Source of the DNA: Paraphysomonas bandaiensis
Taxonomy: Eukaryota > Protista > Chrysophyceae
Length of the DNA: 64,000 nt
Direction of reading: 5' to 3'
NCBI GenBank assembly: GCA_965644295.1
Contig: CBFFRP010000386.1
Location: 48,922-112,921, forward strand
In this document: one piece after another, positions 1 to 12,864 of the stretch
Position numbering within the stretch: the first letter of the stretch is position 1
How the letters are laid out: every line of letters begins with the position of its first letter
The notes under the pieces: generated by a model
Seen by the model: only the letters and a program-made list of their open reading frames with translations
Told to the model about the DNA's origin: nothing
Database searches by the model: none
Translations under genes and position numbers: made by a program

Positions 1-2657
1 CGCCACACTGTCCGCAACCAACTCGCCTCCGAGTCCCACCCTTTCGTAGAAAGCCCCCAAAGGTGATATCGTAGACACCCATGGGGCACTTCCTAAATGA
101 GAGACTATCTTGTAAGCGAGGTTCGTGGAATACCTACTCTTCATCTGAACCAACGTCTTCCGGAGATCTGAAGACTGTTGCTGTGTGGGCCGAAGCGTAA
201 TCCCAGGTCGCATTGTAACAACGGGAGTCCCAACACTAAGTGCCAGCCCAAGGGGGTGAAGTGATGCGCCAATAGGAAAAGAATCTAATACTACGTCAGC
301 GCGCCGCATGAGCTGAATCATCCTGGCATCACTGAGAGGAGAGGGTAAAAGGCGAATGCGTTGGTGGAGATTACCACCCCGAGACCAGAACCGTCTCACT
401 AGTTTCTTAGCCCATTCAACAGAAAGCTGTCGCTGCGGAGTATCGTATTCGGCAAGCGAAGGGGCCTGAGGTGATGCAGACGGCAGAACATGTGCATATG
501 CTTCAGGAAGGGCGATAACCACCTGCATGTGCGGCACAGACCGCAGAAGTGTGAAGATCGCCTCGTCCATCAATGGGTGAACGTAGCTCGGATCTAATGG
601 TAGCAGTGCAACTGCTTGACCTTCAAAGAATACCTGCCCTTCATACTCATTGGGCATGAAATTTGCGTCAATGACTTTCTCTTCCTCAGGGAAAACGGGC
701 TGTTTCTTGTGTGGAAAGGCCGGTGCCGCCGCTATAGAGACCACTCTGTCGATAGAAGAAGGCGTGAACACTGGCCAATCCAGAAGTACAACTTGCTCCG
801 ACCAACGTTCTAGTAAGGGAGATCGCCCCTTCTCCCCCTCTCCTGCAAGGTAGGAGTCTTGCGCGTCCGTAGGCAGTATGTAGTAGTCAACAGTTGCGGA
901 GCTACAACTGGACCCCCGAGTATAGACACACACCTGCACGGGAGCAATCCTTGTAGACTGTAGGAATACGCTCTGTTGATCGGGAAAGGGTTGCCAGTCG
1001 GGAAATAGGAGGACATCCAGCTCGAGGCGGTCCAGCACTGCCCATGCTTGTGTGGAGTCGGCAGGGAGGTTAACGATGCGATGGGCATACTCCGCAATCT
1101 TAGAGGTGACAGTGTCGGGAACGAGTGGCAAGGCAATGAGGGTGATTGAAAACATGCGGCGTGCATTAAGATTTCGCAGTACTCGGTGCAGAATAAACTG
1201 CCCCACTGCATGACCATTAAAGTGTCCTCCAAGTATACCTACGACAAATATTGCGTCATAAACATATCATAGCACCATGAAATTGACACACCGATTTCAA
1301 CAGGGACTCTATCTTTAAGTGCGCGGCGGCTATCTCTGCCTCTCGTAGAAGACATAGAGGAGGACGATGTTGCTAGAATATCGTTGCCGTTGTCGCTTAC
1401 ACTACCATGTCCACACATAGATAAATCCAGCTGATGTGTAATCCATTGCTGAGCGGAAATGTTGTGTCTCACGGGACGGTTGTCAAAGTAATTCTCTACC
1501 AGCTCGCCCAACACTGGGGCCATTGGCAAGGCGGACCACCATACCAGCGGCAGTGGCCAGAATACGTCGATTACGTTCTCCAAGTGAATTTTTCCTTCCT
1601 GCGAGGCTGAGTACTGTCCAAGAAACTCTGTCGTGTTGAGGTATGTCTCGATAATATGCCAAACTGAATTTGGAACAACGGGATACTCCATCGCGTGTCG
1701 AAGTCTTACCACTTGCATTGATACACGTCCTTCCGATGCGACATCGCTCGTATCAAGACCACGGCGCATCATCGCCAATCCAATAACTGGTCGTCCTCGT
1801 TCGTACAGACTCTGACCCAAGTCAAAGACAAACCTGCCCTTCATTTCTCCCCGCGACATCCAGTCGATTAAGTTCGTAAAAAATCCGTACAGCTCCAGAG
1901 TTGCGCTGGGTATAAATATGAATTCCCCGCGATACACTTTCACCGCAAGGTCTTCCACGCGACTGCGGAGGAGGGGGAGTCCATGAGTTGCAGATGATTC
2001 CACTAGCTTAGTGCGATCTTTGCCGAACAAACTGGACAGCTTTTGAAGCTTACTATCCAAAGAATTCAGAATGCGGGAAACATAAAACTTCGCCTCGTGT
2101 ACTTTTCCTTCTGTCAGGAGAATGGTCGATAGGTATATTAGTATCAATGTATCGGACTCCTTATAAAACAAGCAGTTCTTGAAGTGCATTTTCGCTCTAT
2201 CGACATCTTCCTTATCCAGTAATAACAATCCTAGTTGAAAGTGTGCTTCGTGTGGCTCCTTCGAATAAGACATGGCTTCATATAAGAGCAATTCCGCTCG
2301 TTGGTAGAAGCCCATCATCTTCAGTAGTTTGGACATGGACAGGAACACATCATATCGTTCTTCCATAGGCATCTCTCCAAACATATAAGGGTGTCTGATG
2401 AGCTGTCCATACTCATGTAAAGCCGCTTGAATCATCTGTTCTGATGCCTTCTTGTCAGCGAGAGCCTTCATAGACTTCCATGCGGGCTCGAGTGACACCT
2501 CAGGCAGCTCAAAGGGTTCTGTCACACCCTCCAATACATGATGACTAACAATACGGGGCTCATCGTCACCACGTATTCGATCATGACTAAATACTTGTGA
2601 ATAGATTACTGGAATCCATATGAGAGTTAAACATATCCACCTCATATACCGCTCCAT
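1..2657 (-). CDS. TPR-containing GT41 (SPINDLY/OGT-like) glycosyltransferase with N-terminal hydrophobic signal; 3' end outside window
   Basis: ORF 1239-2657 has TPR-like helices. A GT-AG intron at 1239-1291 joins an open frame running to position 1 with LELDVLLFPD, RIAPVQV, TVDYYIL and ADVVLDSFPIGA..ALSVGTPVVT, resembling the GT41 motif LDTFPY..ALWMGVPVVT. Confidence 0.8.
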
Positions 2658-2845
2658 ACACTATAATACACTACACTACACTATATATACTATACACTAT
2701 ACACTGTATGGGATACGCTGTACTGCTATATCTTTAAGAGGTCAAGAAGTTCAACAGCCTTTCCTAATTAGACATGCAAAACACTTCCTCCCGATTACAT
2801 ATACCATTCCACTGTACCAACAATCACATACTGGAAGTTACGTTA

Positions 2846-3070
2846 TGTATGTATGTATGTATGTATGTATGTATGTATGTATGTATGTATGTATGTATGT
2901 ATGTATGTATGTATGTATGTATGTATGTATGTATGTATGTATGTATGTATGTATGTATGTATGTATGTATGTATGTATGTATGTATGTATGTATGTATGT
3001 ATGTATGTATGTATGTATGTATGTATGTATGTATGTATGTATGTATGTATGTATGTATGTATGTATGTAT
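2846..3070. repeat. (TATG)n microsatellite, about 56 units
   Basis: Perfect tetranucleotide run seen directly; it lies between two divergent genes. Confidence 0.99.
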
Positions 3071-3221
3071 CTGTTGTTTGAAGACGTGTAATTATCAGCA
3101 GAGTTTGCTTCTCTGTGTATAGGGAATGGTGCGGTCTCCCTTGTTTACGTTTTATTGTTTCTGTTGATTTGATTTAGAGTCGTGTCTGTGTCAGTGTGTT
3201 TGTTGTCTGTAGAATTTCATC

Positions 3222-4886
3222 ATGCTGAGAGCGGAGCAACTCGCGCTCATTCAAGAGGTTCACAGTATCTTTCAATATGTTTACCTGAATGACTGGTATC
3301 GCGTATATTAACAGGCTAATCAACAGCTGCTTGCGATCCGAGCAGCGGAGATGGACTATTATGTGGCTGCATTCTCTAGTTTTGGGACACAGGCCTCCCT
3401 TATCGCAGGATTTACTTTAGGTTGTTATTGTATTACGCTTGTGTTGTTTGTAATATAGATTTAGGAACATTGACGGGACTAGATGTCGCCTCTTATTCTG
3501 TAAGTGAGGTATGGAGAGCTGTATTCTGGATATCTACTAGCATATCTATGGCGGCGTCAATACATTGCGTGCTCACCACTACGTTCGCTAATATATACGG
3601 ACCAAATTTAGCGTTGCGGGGACCCTCTGGGTTAGTGTTATACTTTAATACTTCTTGTCTGTAAATAATTCCATCATTGCAGGTCTATGGTGCGCGCCGT
3701 AAAGGGAATGATTGCTGAGAAGTCTGGTATATTCGTGTCTTTTATTATAGCTCTCGTGGCCTTCCAGTGCATGACATTAGCGACTACCTGGGTGGTGATG
3801 AAGTTTTATGGTGCATGTGTTTGTACCGTGCTTCTTATTGGCGGTGGAGTGTACTGGTACAAGTATTGCCTGAGGATTTATAACCGCTTCAAGTTCATAG
3901 AACCGGACATCGAATGGCGTAATAGTGACATGGAGAATTCCAATCTCGCTACCACTGCCTCTTACAATAGCAAGGAACCAAAGCGCGCACCTGCGGTTAA
4001 TACAGATAGCTCCTTTGAGGGGTGCGTTCGTACATATTTGATGCTAATGTTTGACTAAATTGTTTGTGTGGGATGCTGTGTACCAGATCTCATAATTCGG
4101 ATGATCGTGGCGGGGATTCAGTTTCTTCCAGTCAACGAAGCCAAACATCTTCATTCATGTCGTTTATGTGGCGATCGAAAGGGAAAGACCAGCGGACTGA
4201 TGGGTCTCATATCCCTTCCGCTACAGAAAGAGCACTGCAAGCGGCGGCGGCTCCTGTTGAGATGCAAGGATACATGTCCGAAGGGGTGTCTTCCCGAAAG
4301 GGGTCGAAAGTAGAATGGGCTCGTAGATATTTCGTTTTGAAGGTAAGTTTAGTTGTAGGAATTATTGCTATGGTTATGATTTTATAAATATGTATTAGGG
4401 ATGCAGAATGTTATCTTATAGACGGCGAGAGGTACATGGCATTTATTATTTACTCTTCACTCTTCAATGTATGAATTGTAATCAACAGGACTTTGAGGCG
4501 GATGCATCTAACAGTATCAGAAGCCGTCCATTGGACTTGTTTGGGTTGGTTTTACTCTAAAACTACATCACCCTTGCTGAACTTAACCGTATGCCCTGCT
4601 TAGGTATGCCGTAATTAGTTCCTCACGCGAAGCCTGTCCTCCATATGAGATCCTCCTTCAGGTGGAATAGCACTGTACAGATTTTAAACCAATTTAATAT
4701 TTTGCACCTTCAGCCTGAAGATCCCGATGACGATAGGCGTGCCTGGTGTTTCAGGTTGATTTTTATATTGCTTTTAATTAAAACATTATGCGTAATTAAT
4801 GTCATTGACATGTCAGATGCGACACAGAAGAGGAGATGAAATCGTGGATACAAACATTTACCATTGCTGTTCGACAGGAGTACTAG
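3222..4886 (+). CDS. Multi-exon 4-TM membrane protein with C-terminal PH domain
   Basis: Spliced product MLRAEQ..FSSFGTQASLIAGFTL..GPNLALRGPSGSMVRAV.. with four hydrophobic segments. C-terminus MQGYM..WARRYFVLK..WCFRCDTEEEMKSWIQ is PH-like. Introns are GT-AG. Confidence 0.75.
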
Positions 4887-5449
4887 TGAACGTGTGTCAC
4901 TGTCGCAGCTGTGAGTTCCAGTATTGGTTGTACTGAAATATATATTTATATACACAAATTCTAACAAATATACTAAATACATATGTAAGCTTGGAATAAC
5001 TTGTAATGGCTTGACTCTACTGAACATAAACTTCCGGACCGACAGTGAAAAAATGATAGTACGCAGTTTTAAGTTTGAAGTAGGTTAATAAATACTACTT
5101 TGCAGTAGTTGTGCAGTATTTCTAATAGACACTCTTGTTAAGTTTTGATTGTTTTGTACGCAATTAAAGCTCCATTGCAAGGTATTTAAATTATGGCCGT
5201 TACTTGAATGTAATACAGTAGCTAAAAAAGTAGTACATGAACTCATGATAAGATATGAATTATGTTAGTAAAACTGAAATATATTGACTATATAACGTTG
5301 TCACTACCTAATATCCTTTGATATTGGTTGGTAATATATATAGATGACATAGATTTAGCGAATTACAACATTACAACAAATTGATTATTGAGTACGCCAA
5401 GGTCACCAAGAGAGCTCGACTTAGATATTAATATATTATGAGGACTTCG

Positions 5450-5536
5450 CCCTCAACAAAGTCGGACTCGCACCTTTTCGTGGTGTTCTGGGGGATAAGT
5501 ACCGGAGATATTTCTCCGGGAAACTAACGTGAGCCG
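5450..5536 (+). ncRNA. Candidate atypical HDV-like ribozyme at the retroposon 5' end
   Basis: Manual folding: P2 CGG(A)CUCGC/GUGAGCCG, P3 ACC/GGU, L3 UUUUCGU, P4 CCGGAGA/UCUCCGG, J4/2 ACUAAC, imperfect P1 CCCUCAAC/GUUCUGGG followed by GG. Confidence 0.4.
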
Positions 5537-6622
5537 CATATTATATAGTCAGCAGATATATTGTTCTGCCCACTCATAGCCAAATGCTTGTGTGGTACAA
5601 GGGACACTAACAAGTGTCACTTGTGTAGACGTCTTTGGGCCCTGACGAATAAACAGGCATCCGGGAATGGGCCCACCAGAAGGGTAACCGGGGTATTAGG
5701 CTGCCTGCTGAAGTTAAGCATCCGGGATGTTCACCTTAAGAACTCAAAACACCTGAAGTCAGCAGATGTCAGGTATATCAACATTCTGCTTGCTCCCTGC
5801 GTTTGCTTTGAGTGATTGATGCTGAGTATGAGTTCACATTATTCGGTATCTGTGTGGCCAATGACCGAGGTAATGCGTCAAACTTTCCTCATGGATGCAT
5901 GGCAATGGCAATGATGTGATTAGACCTGTCATGTCTTCTCACACGTCTACTGCCTAGTCTTGGTTTCTCCTGACCCAGGTCATTGAGATTATATCAAGGC
6001 TCTGGCACTGTTCTCCAAGCAGTGTCAGGTACATTTGTGGTGCTTTAAATTATGTTATTCTTGCTTAGTAGGTTTTCATCCGAGCGGGGAAGGTGCACGG
6101 TTTCCTACTAGTGTAAGTCACTCGGGAGAAGAGTGCAAGGTGGATGCATGTGCTGGATGAGTGCACACAATGGAGGGAAGATATTGGAGTCAGCTTGAAT
6201 TTGTAACAGATTTTGGTAGATGTCTGTTTCATGCGTCAGTGTGCAAAATTGCACCAGTGAGACCGCTTCGTGACCGTGGGAGGACCCGGCGCTATAGAGC
6301 TACTTTATTCTCCCTTCCAGACTACCTGCTGCTGTGAACACCACCTTGAAGAGGGCCGCATATACAGGAGACATATGCCGAAGACACCGACCGCAAGTTG
6401 TTTGTGTTAGGACAAGTAGATTGGGCAGGAGCGTATGATCCGGCTTAAACACGCAACTCGTCGTATGCCCATGTAGCTAACTAAACCGTGTTGTATAGTT
6501 GAGCTTTTGTCGGTGCATGCAATAGTAACTAGATGAGAGTCATGTTATGCATAGTGTCGCGCGAGTTGTTAGGTTGGTCGCGGCAACGCACAAGCTTGCG
6601 CTTCTTAATAATCAGATTTTCC
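5450..6622 (+). mobile_element. Non-autonomous retroposon (SINE/SIDE-like), copy A
   Basis: 15-bp direct repeat ATTATGAGGACTTCG at 5435-5449 and 6623-6637 (TSD). Starts CCCTCAAC like the copy at 45372; ends with TAATAATCAGA, a motif shared with the LINE 3' end. Confidence 0.8.
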
Positions 6623-6789
6623 ATTATGAGGACTTCGTTTTTGAGCAAAAAAATGTACTAAGTAGCATGAATATCGCACGCCTCTATTGATAGATTCGAG
6701 AACTAGAGCATTCTGTCATATCCAGCTGTCTAGTCTTGTTAACATAATGGAGTCGGCTTAAACTATAGTAGCCGATTTTGGTAGACGTT

Positions 6790-7404
6790 TGCAAATGTTA
6801 AATGTGAGACCGCTACGTGACCTGGGAGAACACGGTGTACAGTAGGTCTAACGTACTCACCTGCTGTGATCACCACCTCTTGAAAGGCCCTCCTATATAG
6901 ATTTGCCGCATATATACAGGACAGATAATATGCTGAAAACACGCACCACAGGTTGTGTGTGCTAGGACAAGCACGTTGATCTGGCAGCATCAGGCAACTC
7001 GTCGTATGCAAGCATGTAGATAATTTAATCGTGTTGCATAGTTCAGCATGCAATGGTAACTAGATGGAAGTCATGCTATGCTTAGTGTCACGCAAGCGGT
7101 GTCATGTTTTTTTTATGTGTTCCTACTTAATTGAATATGCCATTTGTTCCTACTAAACTAAAAGTGACAGTTGAGCCGAATTTAAATACAGTAGTAGCAT
7201 TAATTTGCTTTTTACGTAGTACGAATGTTTGAAAAATGAAGTAGGCTCGATTGCCATTTTTAATGGAATAGGAACGGCCGCAAATATTTTAGTAGGAGCA
7301 AGGAGCAAGTGGCACTTTGCAGTTACGTGGAGGAACGTCGGTTAAATTTAGAATTTAGTAGGGAAATATGTTTGTTGAAGCAACGCACAAGCTTGCGCTT
7401 CTTA
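6790..7404 (+). repeat. Diverged second copy of the 3' part of retroposon A, interrupted by a MITE
   Basis: Colinear similarity to 6240-6610; identical 25-mer GCAACGCACAAGCTTGCGCTTCTTA at 6583 and 7380. Confidence 0.7.
7110..7368. mobile_element. MITE-like element with TTCCTACTAAA/TAGTAGGAAC subterminal inverted motifs
   Basis: Inverted homolog at ~31610-31840; motif orientation flips between the two halves. Confidence 0.6.
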
Positions 7405-8332
7405 TAAATTCTATATATTATCAAGAAGTTACGACGACAGCTTGACACCCAGTATCGATCGACCAAGTATATATTTAGTACAACTAACGTTGTGGAGTGT
7501 TTTTTTCATGACACACTTGCGACAAAGAATGAAGACCCCACGACGCCTCAAACTGCTGCTCTTCCTTCGCTTCAACAAGCACTTGTGGACTACAAAGACA
7601 GTGCAAAGGGTCATCGATGATGGACCGTCTCATGACGTCGTCGGTATGAGGGGTTGAAATACTTAGAGTACATTGTTTTTGGGATTTCATCATCATGTTG
7701 TAACCCCTCTACATAAACAACCTCTACACCACTACTAACTAGTTACTACCGATCGAGCTAATCTTTTTTATTAGCGCCCAATATATTTCAATATAATATT
7801 GAACATATTTATTAATTATTTTTTGTTTCTGCTGGCAATATATTGTTATTGTTATCGCCCCCGTTCTATATACCATTCACGACCTCGTACAAGCGGATCC
7901 ACACGATCAATTGTATTGACAGAGACAACTCAGTGAACAGTAAAGCAAATCTGAAGTTTGCAAACCAATAAATTGTTACCCATTCCTATGGGATCTGTAA
8001 TCTGTACGACATACATTGTTACAGTCGGCGGTAAGTGCTATGATTCAGTGCAGAAGGGGTCGTACCTAAAGCATGTCATACGAAGAAACTATCGGTAATT
8101 CAGCATCCATTATATTATTATGACTGCAACAAATGTTTGGCACACATCAGCCAAACAACAAATAAGTCAATAACACTATAAATCACACAAAAAGAGTAAT
8201 CATTCATCATTCGCCATTAAAATTGTGTCGTCAATTTCCATGGAACAGTGTAAAATTTCCATATTATCATTTGATCTTCAAAGACACGTTAATACATCCG
8301 CGCCGTCACACATGGCAACGACTAGCCAACGA

Positions 8333-9845
8333 TTACTTATCCGTGACAGCCAGTTTAACTAGAGCCAGGAAATGGGAAATATTACAGTCGTCATAGAGTG
8401 GGAAAATGCGTATAAAGAGCCTCTTTTTTGTTCCATCAGGCATTGTGTGCGTATACAGTGCATAGCAGGATATCTGGTTCTATGAAACATACGTCAGAGC
8501 CGCGTGTGTGACAAATGGATATCAACTGACCTGTACACCTCTAACCAGGTCAGAGGTGTTATCTTCAGTATCTTGTGAGTTCCGGGTCTGACTTGAGTCA
8601 CTTAGAAAGGGACAAGGCATGTCTATTGCATCAGCTGCAGGGATTCCACACATACTACACCATTTCTAAAGCAAAGCAGTGAGAAACGCAACATTTTCGG
8701 AGTTGTCTGGACTTACCTCCGAGGCAAAGTTAATCCTATAGGGAGAAGAGGGCTTAAATACGACGCGGGCTTCGTCAGGTGGACAGTCTGGATTCGTAAT
8801 CATCACCAGAGCTAGTGTATTCGGAATTACTCGGAAACCTGTCACCTGAGAAGAGGAGGCTCGCCGCAAATGTTGCATAAATGACATTACGTCGAAAATC
8901 AACTCAACGGATTGCAGTTTTCCTTGGAGATTGAAGACTGCCGTCATCATACCCTGTTTGTAACACTCGAAGTTTGCACCACAGGCGACCGCATTCTCAG
9001 TTTTCATTACCCAGCGGCACATGACAATATCACCAGTGCAGACCATGTCTTCCATTCCACAATAATACTGCAATCTAACCTATATACACATGTCAGGACG
9101 GAAAGTCAAAGACATCTTCCATAGGGAGTACACCTTTTCATTATGATGTGTAGCAAGGGCCTGAAGCATGGTGTGTAAGCTGGCAGTGTCGGCCACAACC
9201 GCATCGACACCCTGAACACATCGTATACCACACACCACTTCGGCAGGAGAGAATATTCTGTATGGGGTGATTGGAGTAGTTAAATAAAAATCGTCTGCCA
9301 GAATAGTTGACCATTTCTGGCGATCTGTTTCACCGAATGCACGAAGAAAAAAGAAAGTCTGAAGCACTTGTTTCCTGAGCATTGACTGCGATATATATTA
9401 GTAAATATTACTGGATTAAGTTCTGAGAACTGACTTCATTGGCGATTCTGGATAACTCTGCCCGAAGATGCACTTCATCGGCATCACGCTCACACCCCAA
9501 TGCATGTATTGTTTGTTTGAGTGTATCTATGAAGTTCTTCTTTCTTAATCTTGTATTACGAGCATGTTCTCTATTCTTCTCCTTAATATTACTCGTAGAG
9601 GAGTTATAGTCATCATACCGAGGTCGTTTACCCCCACCATTATCACTGTCAGAATCTGTGCTACAATAATCCGCATGTTTAGTTGAATCGTCATCTGAAT
9701 TAGATGCGAAATCATCAGAGTTACTCTTTGAAGAGTTATGATCGAATCGCACTGTAACATCTCCTGACTTCCTCATATCCTCCTTCCCTTCATGCCCGCC
9801 TTCAGAGGACAGACCGGTACAGTACGCACTTGATGATATTTCCAT
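8333..9845 (-). CDS. bZIP-PAS transcription factor (stramenopile type); start uncertain
   Basis: Basic region KEKNREHARNTRLRKKNFIDTL plus zipper; central block (TTPITPYRIF, VELIFDVMSFMQHL); C-terminal PAS-like exons EARVV..PYRINFASEKWCSMCG..RLFIRIFPLYD..HFLALV. Confidence 0.8.
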
Positions 9846-10341
9846 TACAACCGCTGCTCCATTTATGCACTCTGTGTTAGTTCTAGTGAGAGCTCCACTC
9901 TGCTGTTGCTGTAAGCACCTCAACATATAGTGTATACACACATCAAAGTGCCGTACGTACGTATATGAAAACACCGCTTCAGTTCTCAACCTTCATGATT
10001 ATGGTCCAGTAACCGTATTACGGAGTAGTGACGCACGCCACACATGCAGTGATACCGTACACTACTGAATGTAATGTCTTGAATTTTTTTCTTGGACTTT
10101 TGGTCATTCTATATAAAACCAGGAGTTTTAAAACTCTTCAAAAACTCTGCACTTCAAAAAGCATAAACCATTTAGAAAAATGGTGGTTTTGATGCCACAG
10201 TTCTAGAGAATCTCCACCTTCATACTGCACACAACAGCAAGAGTGCTGCAGCGGATATCGTTTCAGTTCAGTCATTTGAAATCGATAATTAAAGCACCTG
10301 GCTTGCAAAACGTAATTGGTGATCAAGACATATATCTTGAG

Positions 10342-11525
10342 ATGAACTCTGATCAACAACATCCTTATGATGAGGTGTTCATGCAAGTTGCAGGGCGACT
10401 TGGGGGAATACAACCTCTACTAGATACATTCTTCGGATTCCTGCATCGAAAGACTGATTTCTATGTACAGTTTGAAAGAACCCAAAAGGCTAGCATGGGG
10501 TTTCCGAAAGGTGTTGCTGAGAAGATGGTAATAACCAACCTTTTTTTCTTCTTTCACGTTTATGCATTTAACATACGCGCAGCTTCTAGATTCTTTTCAC
10601 AAGTATCCATATAAGCAATACACCGACCCCAGCCAGGATACTCATTGTGGCCGGACCATTTTAGATGAGTCGTCTCCGAAGAAAGAAAAAAGCCCTGTCG
10701 CGGATATTTCTCCCGTATCTCCGAGAAGTATGCCTGTTGTAGATGAAGGTGGACCCCAGGTGCCAATTGGGAATGGCGGCCATGCAGAGCGGTATTACTG
10801 GACACAAACTCTGAAAGAAGCCACAGTTTATGTGGATATAGATGCACCAGGCGTGCGAGGGAAGGATGTGAAGTGTGTAATAAAGCCTAGAGAGCTTTCT
10901 TTAGTCGTCAAGGGGGAGAATATCATACAGGGCGAGTTTGAAGATGCAGTTAAAGTGGATGAATCAATGTGGACCCTCCTTTCCGATGACACTAGTGAGG
11001 GAAGAAATCAGCAAGTTATAATTACTCTAGACAAAACGCGGCACACCTGGTGGAAGCATATACTGAAAGGCGATCCTGAGATAGATACTACAAAGGTAAA
11101 TTTACTCGCTCGAACTGCTACCCCTAGTATAGTTTTTCATGCTACGCTATACGCTGAGAGCATGATGTAAATACTTTTGTGACTATATCTTTCGGTGATT
11201 ACGTATTTCTATGTGATGTGAATTGAACTAGGTGGATTCGACGCAGAATATTAGTGAGTATGACGAAGAGACTCAAGCCACTATCAGGAAGATAATGTTT
11301 GATCAGAAACAAAAGGTGATGTTCTTCCTGTATGAATGCATGGTAGATTTTTTTAGTAGTTGTAGTGATTTGTATAGCATTATTCGAAGTAGTAAATGTT
11401 GGTTTTAACAGCGGCTTGGTCTTCCGACGTCTGAGGAATCGAAAGCTGATGAGATACTAAAGAAGGCGATGTATGCACCGGGTAGTCCATTTATTCCTTC
11501 TGGCGAACCCGACTCATCTTCGTAG
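10342..11525 (+). CDS. NUDC: NudC family co-chaperone (N-terminal NudC + CS/p23 domain)
   Basis: LLDTFFGFLHRKTDFY, GNGG..YYWTQTLKE, WWKHILKGDPEIDTTKV, ETQATIRKIMFDQKQKRLGLPTSEE; four exons. Confidence 0.92.
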
Positions 11526-12864
11526 GTATCGCATCTTAGTACACCACAGACTACATAACAATATATACAATTTAAGATACATCACTATCTCGAAATATGT
11601 TACGTACAATATATTCGTGTAAAGCGGATTAGTGTTTGGTATGTTCCTTGGAGGCATGTTTCGCGAAACCAGTCATGTTATAGAGGTCGCGTTCGATTCC
11701 CTCCTACAAAGTGTTTTCAAAACATTAAAAAATGTCACTCTACTACCTTACAATATTGACACAATTATATTTGGTGCCTACTACCCTACTCAGACCCTTT
11801 TAGGCAGTGATTATATCAGTCACAGTTGTGTCGTATATATTAAACATAGCCACTGAGGAGAAGATCACTCAGAAATATATACTATATACCAGCTCACCCA
11901 CAACCAAACCACTCAGTGAAGGCTGAGCAGTGCTATTGTTTGCAACATATAGTTTCATTTAAAAAGAATTTAATTACTTTATGATTTTTTACACACTAGT
12001 AATGTATCACACTACCCCGACAATGTTTCAATAATACGGGTTCAACTTTGTCAGGCGTGTCATCAAAACATCTCAAATTCGGTTTAGGTTTATGCAACTA
12101 TGTGAACGTTAATATTGTTATCATTCAAATACAATCAAACCTCAAGTATCGTTTAAACACATACCAATAGTTAGCTTTAAAAAGTAAATAAGACATAAGT
12201 CCGGTAGAACAGAGAGTGGAATTATCAATTGAATAACAATTTTAAAATATGAGGGATGAATTTCTACAAAAACACATATATGACACAACAAGGCATATAA
12301 CAATGTAGAAAACTATAGAAATATACATGATATATACGGCACAGTGATGCATCATATAAGGGGAGGATGCCGATACGGTGCATTCATTAGCGGCATATGG
12401 GGAAATCAAAATCCCATCCTTGGAGCTCTACCTCAGAGAGGACTCGAAAGCCATGGAAAGCAGTGGAGTGATATGAGTGATATCCTCACAACAATAACAC
12501 CAAGATCGCTCGTGGAATCCTAGTCCGTAAACTACAGTGTATTCCACGTACTGCTGTACCTGAATCCCACTTTTTGGACTGCAGAGGGCAACAACAGGCA
12601 CACGCCCAGCTGTCTGGCTGTGTCCCATGACACCCTAAAAAGCGAGGAAAAGCGATAAAAAAATGCCATTTTTTTTAAATTTAAACACATTTTGATTGAA
12701 GGCAGCAGGCAGCATCCACTTCTCGTACCTGCAGTGTCCACATGAGGAATATGATGCACACGCTGCAGCGTATGATATACGAGTATGTTGCCGCTATATG
12801 TGTATTGACTATCTTGTATTTGTAGTCATTCATTTCGAGGGTATCAGGAGGGATAAGCTCACCA

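Noticed and set aside
2620-3122. ORFs with MYVC repeats
   Set aside because: They are translations of the (TATG)n microsatellite.
5435-5449. GAGGAC as the G+1 P1 strand of the ribozyme candidate
   Set aside because: It belongs to the target-site duplication and is absent from copy E.
5625-5680. CTGACGA as a hammerhead ribozyme core
   Set aside because: No stem II followed by GAAA (reads GAAT), and the motif is lost in copies B and C.
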